From the human T2T-CHM13v2.0 reference genome, Homo sapiens, in the NCBI RefSeq assembly GCF_009914755.1, contig NC_060932.1: a stretch of 64,000 nt of DNA; one strand, written 5' to 3'. The position numbers and the translations under genes are program-made. Below are positions 1-14,334 of this stretch, piece by piece; position 1 is the first letter of the stretch; each line of letters begins with the position of its first letter. Under the pieces are notes generated by a model. That model was not told the origin of the DNA, made no database searches, and worked only from the letters and a program-made list of their open reading frames with translations.

Positions 1-1371
1 TACAAAGCAGATTTTAAATGCTTTATCTTGACAAAAACGAAACTGCAGAAAGACAAAGCATTGACTAATTATGTCAGAATGCTCTGTCTGCTGGGGCATT
101 TGTAAATTCTGGGAAGAGTGAACACATATTCACAAGTCACAGGTGCCATTTAATTTTAAAATGGAAAGTTAATTAATCTTACACTAGGCTCATAAAGAGT
201 TTATTTTTGTGTGTGAAGGGGTTCTGCTTTGAGAGAAGGAATGCTTCCATTTCTTTACTCATAAGGAAAACCCTAAATTTAAGTAAAATTGGGTACAGTT
301 GAAGTTTTTTGAGCACCTACTATTTTTCAAAGCACCAGAAGTTAACAAAAGGAGTGTTCCATTTTCTCCAAAGAAAAAACAACGTAACAGTGACCAAAAT
401 AAATGGGTTGGCCTTTGAACCCCAAATCAACAAATGACTCATTCTTCTATGCATAATATACATTTATTATTCATAACTGGTGCTTATAGTATAAACATAT
501 AGAATAATGTATTTATATTTATAACTAGTTCTTGCAGTGTACATCTATTAAAGTATAATATAAACAATATAAACATAGTATTAATATTAAGTCAGTTTCT
601 GGAAACTTAAATAGTTCCTTTCCTCTCAACTCTGTGAATTCCACTGATGATATCAAGGTCAAGATACAACCTAATCAAGGAAGCAGATAGCATAGCTACG
701 TTTATACCCTAATCACTAATGCAAGGTGACATCTACACAGTCAAAACAAAACACACCACCATCATTTCCCTTCCTAGAAACACTTATTGTCTGTGATTGA
801 GTTTAAGAGATGAAGGTTTATATCCATTCAGTTTAAGGCAAGTCAGAGAAGAGATGAAGAAAGTGATAGAGCAGAAAATGAAGTTACTCTTGTAAGATTT
901 AAAACCACTAAAATTATTTTCTATAAAGTAACTTTTAAAGTAAAAATATCATTAAAAATAATTAAGCACCACATATTTTGGTGAGCATAAGTACTTAGGA
1001 ACTAAACCATAGGAATGGGAACCAAATTACAGGAATTACAGCTTAGCAGACCTATCTGAAATATGGTACAATATTCATTCCAAGAATTCTAGTCATGATG
1101 GAAAGAGAATTAAAGTACTGAATGTTCTGCTTTTCTTTCCTTTTTTCCTACTTAATAACCTGAATGGAGAACAAGAGAATAAGAGAAGTTAGTGGAGAAA
1201 AGGAGACATAACAAAATTGGGATCATGGCTGGTGAAAATGAGCATAATCAAACAGACATGTTACTTCTAAAAGAGAATATCAGCAAAAGTATTTCCTAAC
1301 AGTATGAGAATCACAGGTGAACCTAAGTAGATAGGGACCATTTTCTATCAATATCCATGTGGGATTTAAAA

Positions 1372-1420
1372 ATATATATACATATATATGTGTGTGTCTG
1401 TGTGTGTGTGTGTGTGTGTG
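1372..1420. repeat. (TA)n/(TG)n microsatellite
   Basis: Run of TA followed by TG dinucleotides, read directly. Confidence 0.9.
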
Positions 1421-1424
1421 TTTA

Positions 1425-1729
1425 GGCCAGGCACTGTGGTTCACATCTGTAATCCCTGCAACTCAGGAGGCCAAGGTAGAAGGATCACTTGAGACCAAGA
1501 GTTCAAGACCAGCCTGGGCAACATAACAAGACCCTATCTCTACAAAAGATTTTTTTTTTTAAATGAGCTGTGCGTGGCACATACCTGTAGTTCCAGCTAC
1601 TCAGAAAGCAGAGGTGAGAAGATTGCCAAAGCCCAGGGAGTTTGGGGCTGCACTGAGCTATGATCACGCCACTGCACTCTAGCCTCCTGGGTGACAGAGT
1701 GAGACCTTGTCTCTCAAAAAAGAAAAAAA
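1425..1729 (+). mobile_element. Alu (AluJ-like)
   Basis: GGCCAGGC start, dimeric Alu body, A-rich tail. Confidence 0.9.
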
Positions 1730-2059
1730 TGTTTTTAATATCAGTGTCTGTCCTCGTCAGCTAGCTAATATGGTTATAATTCTCCTTTTTTTAAAATCAA
1801 TGCATTGCTCACCAAAAAAAGATGACTGTGATACAGTGGAATATAATTAGACAAGAATATATGATTCACAACTCATTGATGAGAATTCTTGTAATTTATC
1901 ATTAATATTAAAATTCTAACACTAACCTTTCTTCACTATTCCATGTAAAAGATTTAAAAGGTGCACTTGATAAATGAAGTTTGTACTGCAGAAAAAAAGC
2001 CATAAAACTAATAACTTACTTAGGCAAAATTCAAACTTTCAGTCCTAGTCTCCCAAGTT

Positions 2060-2310
2060 AATAGTAACAATAACAAAAATAATGAACATATATACAGCAC
2101 TAACTCTGTATATACTAGCATATGAAAATAGTCTCAGCACCTACATCTATTAGCTTATTTGATCTTCACAACAACCCTTTTAGGTAGGTACCACCATGAT
2201 TACCATTTCACAAATGCAGAAACTGAGATACAGAAAAAACTTTTAAATGTCCAAAGTTACACAGTTAGTAAATTGCAGAGCTGGTAGTGGAATCCAGCCA
2301 GTCTTGTTCC
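2060..2310 (-). mobile_element. MIR SINE
   Basis: ccatttcacaaatgcagaaactgaga...tccaaagttacacagttagt resembles the reverse-complemented MIR core. Confidence 0.65.
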
Positions 2311-2324
2311 AGGTAGTTGGAGTT

Positions 2325-2654
<330 letters not shown>

Positions 2655-2756
2655 TAATTATTATATTATACAGTTTTTCAAAATACTTAATATGCATGCA
2701 TGTACACACACACACACACACACATACACACAAATGCATGCATCTGAGCTCTAAAG

Positions 2757-3107
<351 letters not shown>

Positions 3108-4307
3108 TAAAGTTTTTACATTTTACTAGTCAATGTATTCCTTTATGTGCTTTTGCATATATTCTGTCTATTTGGAATCTTCTTCCTTCCAGAAACTCCT
3201 TCCCTTCCTGCAAGATAGCACAAATGTGGCCCTTTTCATGGACCCTGACCCAGTTTTCCTAAGCAATGATAGATTTTCTTCCATTGCCCCTGTGAACTTT
3301 GAGGCTTTGTTCCCACTTACATTAAAGCACTTGTATTTGAAGAGATATATAATCATACTTGTCTCTCAGCCAAGACCACGAGGCTCCTAAGAGCAGAGAC
3401 ACTGAGCTGAACAAAATTTCTGGCACGAGGAAGGCCTGACCAGAAGGAAGGGGTGAAGACCACATAAAGATGCCTTCAAATGGTCTCCATAATGAGTCCT
3501 TTACTTAGCGTCTCAAGCACGAGCTCTGCCACCATCCAAAAGCCATTGTGATGGCACTGGCAATCAAGTAGATAAGTGAAGGCCTTCCTTGCACACTGGG
3601 GAGGAAATCTTTGCTCTCTTCCATCCCTTCTCCACCATCTGCTGTACCTGTCTACCCTGGCTGCTCCTCCAGCATTGCAGAAAAAAACTAGAAAAAGGAA
3701 CTCCTATGCCTACCCTGCAAAACCCAGTGAATACAGTAGATGTAGCCTTTCAGACCACCTACCTATTCCAGAATGGACCTAATAAACTCAGCAACTAAGG
3801 ATGTTAATTATCATCTACCTAACTATAAGTCAGAAATTCTATGCTGTGTTCAAAACAGTTATATCTGAGATACACTTACTCATGCAGTTATAAATCAGAA
3901 TCTTTTAATATTTTTCAAAAGCAATTTATTTGTAATTGAATGCATTCTCCATGCTTATTCCTTTTAGATGTCTTACTGAATGCAGAGAGAAAATATGGTA
4001 GTATCCCTGCCTTTAAGGAGCTTATAATGTCTTAAAGCAGCAACCTATAGCAACCAGATTAAATTAGAACAAATGAAATTAATCGTAATTCTAAACAGTA
4101 TTTGGAAAAGGGAAAGAATGACAGAAGTGGAATGATCATTGAAGATTTCATGAAAAAGAATATATTTCACAACAAAATCCAAAAAAGTTAAACATTAATA
4201 TTATGGCTAACTTTTACTTATATACGAGTGGAGCTAGAGTATGGCTCTGTTAGATATTAGTATAATATTTAGTATTATATTAAACACCTCACTCCCCTTC
4301 ACCATAA

Positions 4308-4667
<360 letters not shown>

Positions 4668-4769
4668 TGATGTTTATACCTGAATTCTGGGGAAAATAAG
4701 TGATTTATACAATGTGTCATATCTGGAATTTCAGTTATAGGCAAAAGAAAACCTTTCTGAAAAAAGGCG

Positions 4770-5197
4770 AATTATTATTTTACAGTTCTGCAAATCAGAA
4801 GTCTAAAATGGGTCTTACAGGCTAACATCAAAGTGTCACCAGAGCTGTGTTCCTTCCAGAGGCTCTAGGGGAAAATGCATTCCTTGCTTTTTCCAGCTCC
4901 TAGAGACTGTCCTTATTCCTTGCCTCATGACCCCTCTCTCCATCTTCAAAAGCACATCATTTCAACCTGTTTCCATAGTCATATCTCTTCTCTCTAGCTT
5001 TGACCCTCTTGTCTCCCTACTATGAAGAAACTTGTGATCGTATTGGGCCTCCAAGATTATCCAGAATAATCTCCCAATCTCAAGAGTTTTAACTTAATCA
5101 CATCTGCAAATTCTCTTTTATCACATAAGGTAGCAATCACAGATTCTGGGTATTAGGGCATGGACATCTTTGGTGGGCCATTATTCTGTCTACCACA
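4770..5197 (-). mobile_element. MLT1-type MaLR LTR
   Basis: ttacagttctg...gaagtctaaaatg...ttaacttaatcacatctgcaaa...ggacatctttgg...attctgtctaccaca, typical of antisense MLT1. Confidence 0.7.
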
Positions 5198-5219
5198 TCT
5201 ATGCTTCCAGACTTGACGA

Positions 5220-5809
5220 TATGGGAAACCAAAATATATCCACCAAAATATACTTCTTTGGCATATTTTGAGATGGCTCTTTAGAGGGGCTGCAGACATA
5301 ACAGTGGCTCTGAAAGCTGTCCTTTTGTGGAAAAGATTTGCATCTGTAGAGGAAATCTACATTAGTGAAGTAAACAGTGGATGCAAACAGGATTTCTCTG
5401 AGACCCATTATCAGCCTTATCCTAAACTAGGAAAGATTAACTCATAGAAAATATCTGACAGTATTAAAGTTCCAACAGGGAAACTGTCACCACTGGATTC
5501 CATCTATTCTTTCTGAGAGCTGTTACCTGAGAGATTTCATCTGCATAACAAGACAGCCTTTGCTCACCATGCCTTTTCTCCCCTCCCCCTCCCAGAACCT
5601 GTCTCCAAACTCCAAGTCTCTGTTCCTTTCTGTACAGTATGAAAACTTCAGTCATTTGGCTCTTCTTTAAGTCTCATCTTTTGTGTGGCTCCTGTGCACA
5701 GAAATAAATTTATATACATTTTCTCCTGTTGATCTGCCTATTGTCAGTTTGCCTTATAGATTCAAATTATATTCGGAAGAAGGGGAAGGAAAATTCCCTT
5801 TACTCTACA
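5220..5809 (+). mobile_element. ERV1 solo LTR, MER34/MER39-like
   Basis: Starts ...ccaccaaaatatacttctttggcata, AATAAA near 5703, ends ...ctaca. Confidence 0.6.
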
Positions 5810-6289
5810 GTGGTCACCTGGTTTTAAATAAAATTGGTACAATTAGCAATTACTAGACTTGGCAATAGACGCTAAATATATGGTAATATGATGACAAATG
5901 AAAACATGATGATATACTTTTCTGAGTCTACCGATATATGATTCCTTGGTATTATGGACTGAATATTTTATTCTCTCAAAATTCTCTGTTGAGCCCTAAC
6001 CCCCAGTGTGGCTATGTTTGGAGATGAGGCCTCTAGGGAAGTAGTTAAGCCACCAAACCTGTGTTATTTTATTATGGCAGCCTGCACTGACTAAGACACT
6101 TGATGATATCAAAAGAAATGTTAATATGCTAGACATGAGTGCCTGACAGACATGGGGAGGGAAATCAAGATAATATAAATCTAGTACTTTATTACAAGCA
6201 GTCACACTCCTCTGTGGTGCATGTTGTCAGTACTCTGGTGCTATAGGCAGACATTTCCTCAAGAAACAGAGGGTGCCTTGCACCTCCCA

Positions 6290-6720
6290 CCATGGAGATG
6301 CTGTTAATGCTCCATCTAGACCCTGGGCCCCTCTTTCCTGTATGCATGCACGCACCCTTCTTTTGAAGTGCTTTGCTTCTAAATCCCAGCCCCCTGCTCT
6401 TTTTCAGCAGACTGCCCTGGGGCTCATGGAGTCACTCTGCCTTGACCTCAGAAGGCCTGAGAATTTACCACCATTACCAACCTCAGTGACCAACAGATAG
6501 GTGTGGTGTGAAAACCCTGCCCATTAGCCTCTGGACAATGCTGAGAAATATTAATATCTCCCCTGCTGAATAAGGCCTACCCTCTGTGGCCTTGGCCTCT
6601 TTGCCTCCCTTGTCCTGCTCCCCTCACTCCCTTACCTGTCTCCCCAGGAGTCTATCCATAATAAATCACTTGCACATGAATCCTCTTCTCAGTTGCTTTT
6701 GGGGAAACTGACCTTAGGAA
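6290..6720 (+). mobile_element. ERVL-type LTR (LTR16-like)
   Basis: 3' end aataaatcacttgcacatgaatcctc...ggggaaactgacc resembles ERVL LTR termini. Confidence 0.45.
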
Positions 6721-6809
6721 CTCTCTGAATTAAACCTAACAAAAGGATTTTTAAACAGAAAATATTGTATATTGTTTATTATTCTTTCACATTAAAAATA
6801 ATTATAGTA

Positions 6810-7372
6810 TCTAGTCCAAATATGGCCCAAATGGACCGCACCCCCATATCACACTCTGTGTAGTTCCCCCCAACATTGAATCATGGCTGGCCTAGGACTC
6901 AGTAGCCAATAGAATGATGCAGACATGGAGCTGTGCTATTTTCAAGTTTAGCCTTGAAGAGGACTGGCAACTTCCATACCTCCCTTTTGGAATATCCCCT
7001 TCCCTCAGCTGTCATGTAAGAAATCTGGCTGCCCTGCTGGAGAAAGCACATGGAGAAACCCGTGGAGGAAAAGAGAGCCAGAGATGCATAGAAAGAATGA
7101 GAGAGAAAGGCCTAGGAGTCCCAGTGATCTAGTTGAACCCAGATTCCAGCCATCCGCACCAAGATGCCAGACATTTGAGTGGGGCCCTCGTGGATATTCC
7201 ATCCCAGTCAAGCCCCCAGATGACTGCAGTCCCATCCAACATCATGTGGCACAGAAGATTCACAAGCTGAGCCTTATCAACCACAGGTTCATGAGTCATA
7301 AAAAAGTGATGATTGTTTTAAGCCACTAGGTTTGGGGATGGTTTGTTATGCAGTGGTAGATAACGAAAACAG
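6810..7372 (+). mobile_element. MLT1-type MaLR LTR
   Basis: gccaatagaatg... and 3' ttttaagccactaggtttggggatggtttgttatgcag...ataac. Confidence 0.65.
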
Positions 7373-7834
7373 AAATATATGTTCTTTGTAAACAAAACAA
7401 AAACAGAAATACAAAGATATTCAAGCTATAAAGAAAATCAAAATGATCCAAATCACCATACCAGGAGAAAAGCCCAGTAAACATGCTATTATATTTCCTC
7501 CTAGTCTTTTCCCATGCAAACGTTTTCCCACACGAATGTGATCATAGTGTATACACAGTTTATATCCTGCTTTTATTCTACTTGGCAGTATATTGTGAAA
7601 ATTTTCCAATGTCATTACAATTTTTAAATGTGCATGAATTGGGGACTATCATACTCTATCATATGGATGCTCAGTTATGTGTTCAAACATTCTCTCAGGA
7701 CTCTTTAATTTTTTACTTTTGTAAACATAGCTTGGATTAGTACTCTTACAGTGAAACCTTTGCTGCATCTGGGATTACTTAGATTCTTACAAATCGAATT
7801 ATAAGATCAAAATACATAAATTTTTTAAAGTTCT

Positions 7835-8205
7835 TGATATGGTTTGGCTCTGTGTCCCCACCCAAATCTCATCTCAAATTGTAATCCCTGTAGTCCCCGT
7901 GTGTCAGGAGGGGAACGAAGTGGAGGTGATTGGATCATGGGCAGTTTCCCCACGTTGTTCTCATGATAGTGAGCGAGTTCTAACGAGATCTGATGGTTTT
8001 ATAAAGGGCTCTTTCCGCCTCTCTTTTTCTCCTGTCACCGTGTGAGAAGGTCCAAGCTTGCTTCCCCTTGGCCTTCTGTCATGATCGTAAATTTCCTGAG
8101 GCCTCCCCAGCCATGCAGAACTGTGAGACAGCTAAACCTTTTTTAAAATATAAATTACCCAGTCTTGAATATTTCTTTACAGTAGTGTGAAAATGGACTA
8201 AGACA
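7835..8205 (+). mobile_element. THE1/MSTA solo LTR
   Basis: TGATATGGTTTGGCTCTGTGTCCCCACCCAAATCTC start, ...ggactaagaCA end, 5-bp TSD GTTCT at 7830-7834 and 8206-8210. Confidence 0.9.
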
Positions 8206-9136
8206 GTTCTAGATTCATATTTTCAAACTACTTTCCAAGAAACCTGTGACAATTTGTCCTCTACTAGTACTTAGTGAGAGGGCTAATCTCTCAGTACCCT
8301 TCACAGCCATATGTAGAATTTAGTTGTTTGTTGTTTTATCTTTATGAATTTGAAAGACAATAAAAAGACATTTTTGTGTTCATTTGCATTTCTTTGGTCA
8401 TTAGTGAGGCTGGACATTTTTCAGACTTTTAATAATCAGTGGTATTGCATTGTCTGTGAATTCTTCCCATCCTTTCCTACTTCCTTGTATAAATTTTAGC
8501 TCTCATTTATCAATTTGAATGAGTTTGTAAAAACATATACATGTACCATAAGGCACTAAAGGTCTGTCAGAGTGTAGAAAACATTATATTTAAATTTGGT
8601 GTTTAACTTTAATTTTGCTTAAAGATGTTGCTGTAGATATACACGTTACATTTTAAGTAGGTATAAGCAAATATCAATGTTTTTCTTCATGAGAAATTAG
8701 AAGTCAAATAAATTTGCTCATCTGCTGTACATGAAATGAATTTCCTATTTTGTCAGGCTTCCCACACACAAGCATTGGCAACTTTCCTTCCCTACCCAAA
8801 ACAACAAAAAAGTTAACACATTCATGAACACTGGGAGTTTCAAGTTTAATCAGTGGATAAATATTTTACACAAGCTGTGAGGTTAAACATTTCGCTGAGA
8901 AAACACTTCATCACAAAAAGGGCTTGGATCATCAAGATTTAAGGCAGAAAAATCTCTCGCTAAACACCCAAGCGTCATGCTGAGTTTCTGTGAACACATT
9001 AGTCTAGTCAGCCAGCTCAGGCTCTGCACAGATTGGAGAAAAAAACTGCAGAGGAACTCATTTATCTACTTGATTGTCAGTGTCATGTGCTAACCACAGG
9101 CAGCTAGTAATGGAGGCCCTTGCTATCTTGAGTCAA

Positions 9137-9341
9137 ATGGCTCTCAGTCAGGGGCGATTTTGCCCCACAGGGGACATTTAACAATGTCTGGAGACATTTG
9201 GGGGCCCCACAACTGGGGGAGGTACATTACTGGTATTTAGAGTAGAGGGCAGTGATGCTGCTAAGCATCCTACAGCACACAGGACAACCCCAAAAATCAT
9301 CCAGTCTTAAATGTCAAAAGTGACAAGGTGGAGAAGCCCCA
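9137..9341. mobile_element. MER20 hAT DNA transposon
   Basis: ggggcgattttgcccc...ggacatttaacaatgtctggagacattt...gatgctgctaagcatcctaca...aaatgtcaa matches the recalled MER20 consensus. Confidence 0.8.
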
Positions 9342-9382
9342 CTCTAAACCAACACAATAGAAATAAAATAATGCTCTCTTAC

Positions 9383-10049
9383 CTCTCCTGTATAATTATA
9401 TTTGCCTTTCAGAATCTTCCTGTAAAGCCTTGTCTGGCTTTCATCATCAAAAGGCAGGAATCCGCTAAGTAAAGCATATGTGATCACACCAAGAGCCCAC
9501 ATGTCCACTGCACTGGTATAAGGCTTCCTTAGCAAAACCTCAGGAGCTATGTACTCTGGGGTCCCACAGAGTGTCTTCATTGTCCAGTCACCACTTTTTT
9601 TCCCGGAGTATGCCAAACCAAAATCTGTAATTAAAATTTTCGACTCTTCACCTGGATGATAGTATAAGAGGTTTTCAGGCTTTAGATTCCTATGAGTTAT
9701 CTGCAGCGCATGCAAATACCTAATCCCATCAGCAACCATCTGGAGGATCCTGACGGCATCCCGCTCTGTAAAGGATCCCTGAGCAATGAGTCGATCAAAG
9801 AGCTCCCCTCCGGTAGCCAGCTCCATTACCATGTAAACTTGATCCTCAGTCTCAAAGATCTCCATGAGCTGGACAATGTAACGATGGCTAACCCGCCGCA
9901 GGACGCTCAGCTCAGACACGCACGCTTCTCTACCTTCCCTCTCTCTGGTTTCCATCACTTTTATTGCAAAAGGTTTCTTGGTGGTCTTCTGCTCTACCCT
10001 GACAACCCTGCTGAAACTGCCTGTCCCAATAAGAGCTTTGATGTCATAT
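9383..10049 (-). CDS. PSKH2: Protein serine kinase H2 (pseudokinase), coding exon 2 (667 nt): most of the kinase domain
   Basis: Encodes GTGSFS, FAIK, HRNLKPEN, DFG, TLCGTPEYIAPE, DMWALG; acceptor tttttcttcccaacag|A at 10050/10049; donor GAG|gtaaga at 9383/9382; phase matches exon 1 (185+667=852 nt). Confidence 0.97.
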
Positions 10050-10944
10050 CTGTTGGGAAGAAAAACCAAACATGTTATCCCCAGAAGTGATGATTCTCAA
10101 AATTATTTAAGTCCATGCTTTATATCATCTTTTCTATCCTTCTATTCCTCCCATCAGATTTATTTGTTTATTATTACTTGTGTTTATTATTTTTTGAAAG
10201 GTACCCCAAATCCTGTTTTGAAATGGAGGAAAACGATATAAAGGTAATTTGTTGGTAGAAAGACAATCTTAATACAATAACTACCATTTATTATACAGTT
10301 ATTATATGCCAACAATTTTTAAAAATCTTATCCCTACTAAAACCCTGCTGGGTAATATAATAATATCCCCCTTTTTCAAATAAGGAAATTCAGACTTAAA
10401 AAGAAGTTAAATGAGTTATCAAGGGCACCCAGATTGTGGTTGGAATGGATGGGATTCAAATCCAGCCCTTTCAAATGCATTTCACAAAAACTGTTTCAAG
10501 AATGTTAAGACCCCCCTCTACCAATTTCTTTCCTTCCTCTAGCCCTTGTTTTTGTCATTCTTCAACAACAAACAAATCAAGTGGGGGAGAATAAAGTAGA
10601 AGCTTACTCCTGTTTATAATTTCTCAAAGGCTGAGGATCCCATATCAGAAGACAGAGAATAAACAGTATGTTTCTTTGGGTTGCTTGACTGTGAGCTCAG
10701 CCCCAGGCTCATCTTGTACACAGTAGCTGTTAATAAGGAAGAAGTAAATGCAGCTGTGCTATTATAAGAGCCGGTTTCAGCAGTCTGGTGGGAGTAGTGT
10801 TAGGGCCACCTTGCAGCCAGTAGCTTCTCACAGTCTCCCTCCATCCCCATACCCACACTTGGAATTTCTCGGCAGTAAAGAGAATTTTAACATGGAATGT
10901 ATGTCAATAATTTGTAAACCAATTATCCCACAAAAAGGCCAAGA

Positions 10945-11020
10945 ACATATGTTTACCTACGTAACAAACCTGCACATCCTGCACATGTACCCCTGAACTT
11001 AAAATAAAAGTTGAAGAAAA
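10945..11020 (+). mobile_element. Severely 5'-truncated L1 (old L1PA/L1PB 3' end)
   Basis: gtaacaaacctgcacatcctgcacatgtacccctgaacttaaaataaaagttga, flanked by aaaaaggcca(a/g)ga direct repeats. Confidence 0.8.
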
Positions 11021-11108
11021 AAAGGCCAGGATATCAGCTCAGATTTCAAATGCTAGGGATCTTAAGCTTTAATTATCTGTGTAAACGTCTATTAAAATTT
11101 AAGAATCT

Positions 11109-11413
11109 GGCCAGGCACGGTGGGCTCATCGTGTAATCCCAGCACTTTGGGAGGCCGAGGTGGGAAGACTGTTTGAGCCTAGGAGTTTGAGAGCAGCCTG
11201 AGCAAAAAACTGAGACCCCTTCTCTATAACAAATTTAAAAATTAGCCAATCATGATGCACAGCTGTAGCCCCGGCTACTGAGGGGACTGAAGCAGGAGGA
11301 TCCCTCGAGCCCAGGAATTTGAGGTTGCAGTGAGCTGTGATCAGACCACTGCACTCCAGCTTGGGTGAGAGAGCGAGACCTCTGTCTCAAAAATTAAAAA
11401 AATAAAATAAAAT
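11109..11413 (+). mobile_element. Alu (AluJ-like)
   Basis: Dimeric Alu with A-rich tail. Confidence 0.9.
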
Positions 11414-11617
11414 AGAATCCTATCAAATTTAACCCTCTACCTCATATTTAAGACATGTTGAGAAAATGCTAGACTTAAAATCACGATTGTATAGCTGGAA
11501 AGAATATTAAAGTTGGGTATTTAACCCAACTTCTTGTTTTACTGATGAGGAAATTTGAAGACCACATTAGCCAATTGGTTGTTTACGTTGTAGAGTCAGG
11601 ATTAGAACGCAGGTCTC

Positions 11618-11920
11618 CTTTTTTTTTTTTTTTTTGAGATGGAGTTTTGCTCTGTCACCCAGGCTGGAGTACAGTGGCATGATCTTGGCTGACTGCAACC
11701 TCTGCCTCCCGGGTTCAAGAGATTCTCCTGCCTCAGCCTCCTGAGTAGCTGAGATTACAGGTGCACACCACCATGCCTGGCTAATTTTTGTATTTTTTTT
11801 AGTAGAGACGGGATTTCACCATGTTTGCCAGGCTGGTCTTGAACTCCTGACCTGAAGTGATCTGCCCACCTCAGCCTCCCAAAGTGTTGGGATTACAGGT
11901 ATGAGCCACTGTGCCTGGAC
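11618..11920 (-). mobile_element. Alu (AluS-like)
   Basis: Poly-T followed by antisense Alu body. Confidence 0.92.
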
Positions 11921-14334
11921 TTCATTTTAATAAAACCTCTCCTAGCTAAGGATGACAGAGAATGGAATGTACTCAGGGAGTACCCAGGGAGAAGGCACGT
12001 TTTTATATCACATATTCAATACCAAAGATTCAAATGCAAATACTAAACTATGCTTTAAATAGTCTTACTTCTTTTATTGAGCTTATTTTTCCTGTAACTT
12101 TTTTTTTTGCCTTCTTGTTTGTTCTTTATATTCCTGTGTGTATTGAATAAAAATGACATTTGGCTGTACCAGATTACAGAAAACAGCTTTGTTCTCCACA
12201 GAGCATTTAATTTTCTGGCCAATTACCTTATCAAAACAGATAGCAATTTAGTAATCTTAAATAGATTCTTTCCCCTTTTCCCTTTCCAACTCTGCTTTTC
12301 TATTCACATGCATTCTCAGTGTGATTTTGAAGATAATCACAGGCATTTCAAATTCTATTGCTTTGCAGACCAACCAAGTTTTATATTACCTCTATTGTGG
12401 ATGAAAGCACTTTGTAAATGCTAATTTATCGCTATGCCCTCAAAGCTGCCATCAAACTCATTTGTTCACAGAATTAATCATATCAAACAAACTACCATTT
12501 CTGAGAACTACACGCTTTTGCTCAAATAAAAGAAGCTTTATTCAATACTGTTAAGGGGGCTTCATATTTCCAATATTTGAAAAAATGCTAGTAATTTGGC
12601 ATTGGAGGAAACAGTACACTTGAAGCCAAGATTTAGAGTGGTGGAAATAAATGCCTCAGATTGTTATTCAATTTGTCCCATAACAAATTCTTATAGCTAC
12701 AGCCTTGCTCGTGAGTCCTCAACTGCCATGAATGGTGACCAACTTTATGATTTGCGTGGCTATACCTTGTAAAGTGCCTAGCACAGAGGAGTAGCAATAA
12801 ACACTGAACAAAAGAATCATTCACTGAATACATATTATTCCTGAATCATCATATATATTTTGCAAACATTAAGTAAAGATCACATCAAGCTGGGAAGAAT
12901 GCCTTTATAAGGTCTTTTCATTTCCTTCACTTTTACCCCTCCACTCTCTTAAAGAGTAGCCTCAGAGTCAGTTTAGTAGGTTGGACAATTTTGTATCATC
13001 CCAGAGACTACGTAAATTGGAAATATTACTTTAACCTCAGCTGCTATGATACAAACTGGGAATTTTTGAACATAGATTAAAGATTTGAAACAAGGAAATA
13101 ATAATAGTGTTACAATCTGCTTGAGAGAAACAATTATAATAAACTCCCAACAAGAAAGTAAATATACTCATATCTAAATTCTATCATCTCTTTTCTGCAA
13201 AAGTTATAGATGGAATCACAACGGAGAAGGAAGACGACTGTGTTCTAGTCCCAATTCTACCACTAACTTGGACAAGTCACTTAACCTTTGGGGACACAAC
13301 TACTCATTGGTTAAAGATGAGCCTTGAGTTAAAATCTCTGAAGCCCTTATAATGTTGAGATCCTCTACTTCTGTGATGCCTTTACACTCTATGGGGCTGG
13401 GTCTACCCCTGGATTGGGAATTAGTAGGGTGGATGAAAACTAGACCAGACTAGCATCATCTCTCTGACTACAAATGACCAGAGATGCCATTTAACCAATT
13501 CAGTCTTGACAAGACCCTGTACCTACTCAGATTCAGTTCAGTCATATTAGCCAGCCTTGTTCTTCTGTAAGCTTAGCAGCCACCGAACTAATCCTCCAGG
13601 AGTCACTGTACTAAAAGTTCTCAAGGAGGCCAGGAAATGGCTCTGCATAGATTCTGGACAGAGCACTGTGACGAAGTGAGCATGCAATTCTAGGACCAGC
13701 AGTGCCTTGGGAAGCCAGCTGAGCCACCCATTATTGTGTCTCCCCAAACACACAGAGGAGAAGGGGATTCCGTGATTTACTTGGTCAAAATGTCCAACAT
13801 GTCCAACATGGTACACTCAGGAGGCCAACCAACCTGAAATCTTCTACATAGGAAGGGCTTATTTGTACTTCATGAAAACAATAATCAGCATTGCACTAAT
13901 GTCTGCATGAGGACTGGTACCATGCACTGTGCAGCATAATTTACATGTATTACTTTAATTATGCTCACAACAGTCTTATGAGATAGATACTCCCATTTTA
14001 CAGAGCTAGAAACGAAGGAAGGAAAAAAGCTAAGGAATGTTCTACATGGTACATGATAGAAGATATGGAACTGGACCTCAAGTCTGGCTGACTCAAAGGC
14101 GCATCTCTAGTTCACTCGCTGTAATCCCAATTTTTAGAATTAGTGGAAGATCCTTCACACACCAGGTCTGGCAGGACCCAGCCCCAGGATATTAGAGGCA
14201 AAGCCGTCTTCCACCGCAGATGCTGGAGGTTGGCAGACAGTCCTCTCACACCCCCACCCCCCACCTCCGAAGATAGGAATTCCTTCCCTTGTTTGCTGCT
14301 GCTCCTGCTCTCTTTTTTCCCATCCTCTGAACTC

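Noticed and set aside
9344-9382. Kinase ORF continuing past exon 2 (…GEVREHYFISIVLV*) as a truncated isoform
   Set aside because: This is read-through beyond a strong GAG|gtaaga donor; the nearby AATAAA is on the opposite strand
9692-10090. 132-aa plus-strand ORF antisense to PSKH2 exon 2
   Set aside because: Shadow ORF of a coding exon; no recognisable motifs or promoter
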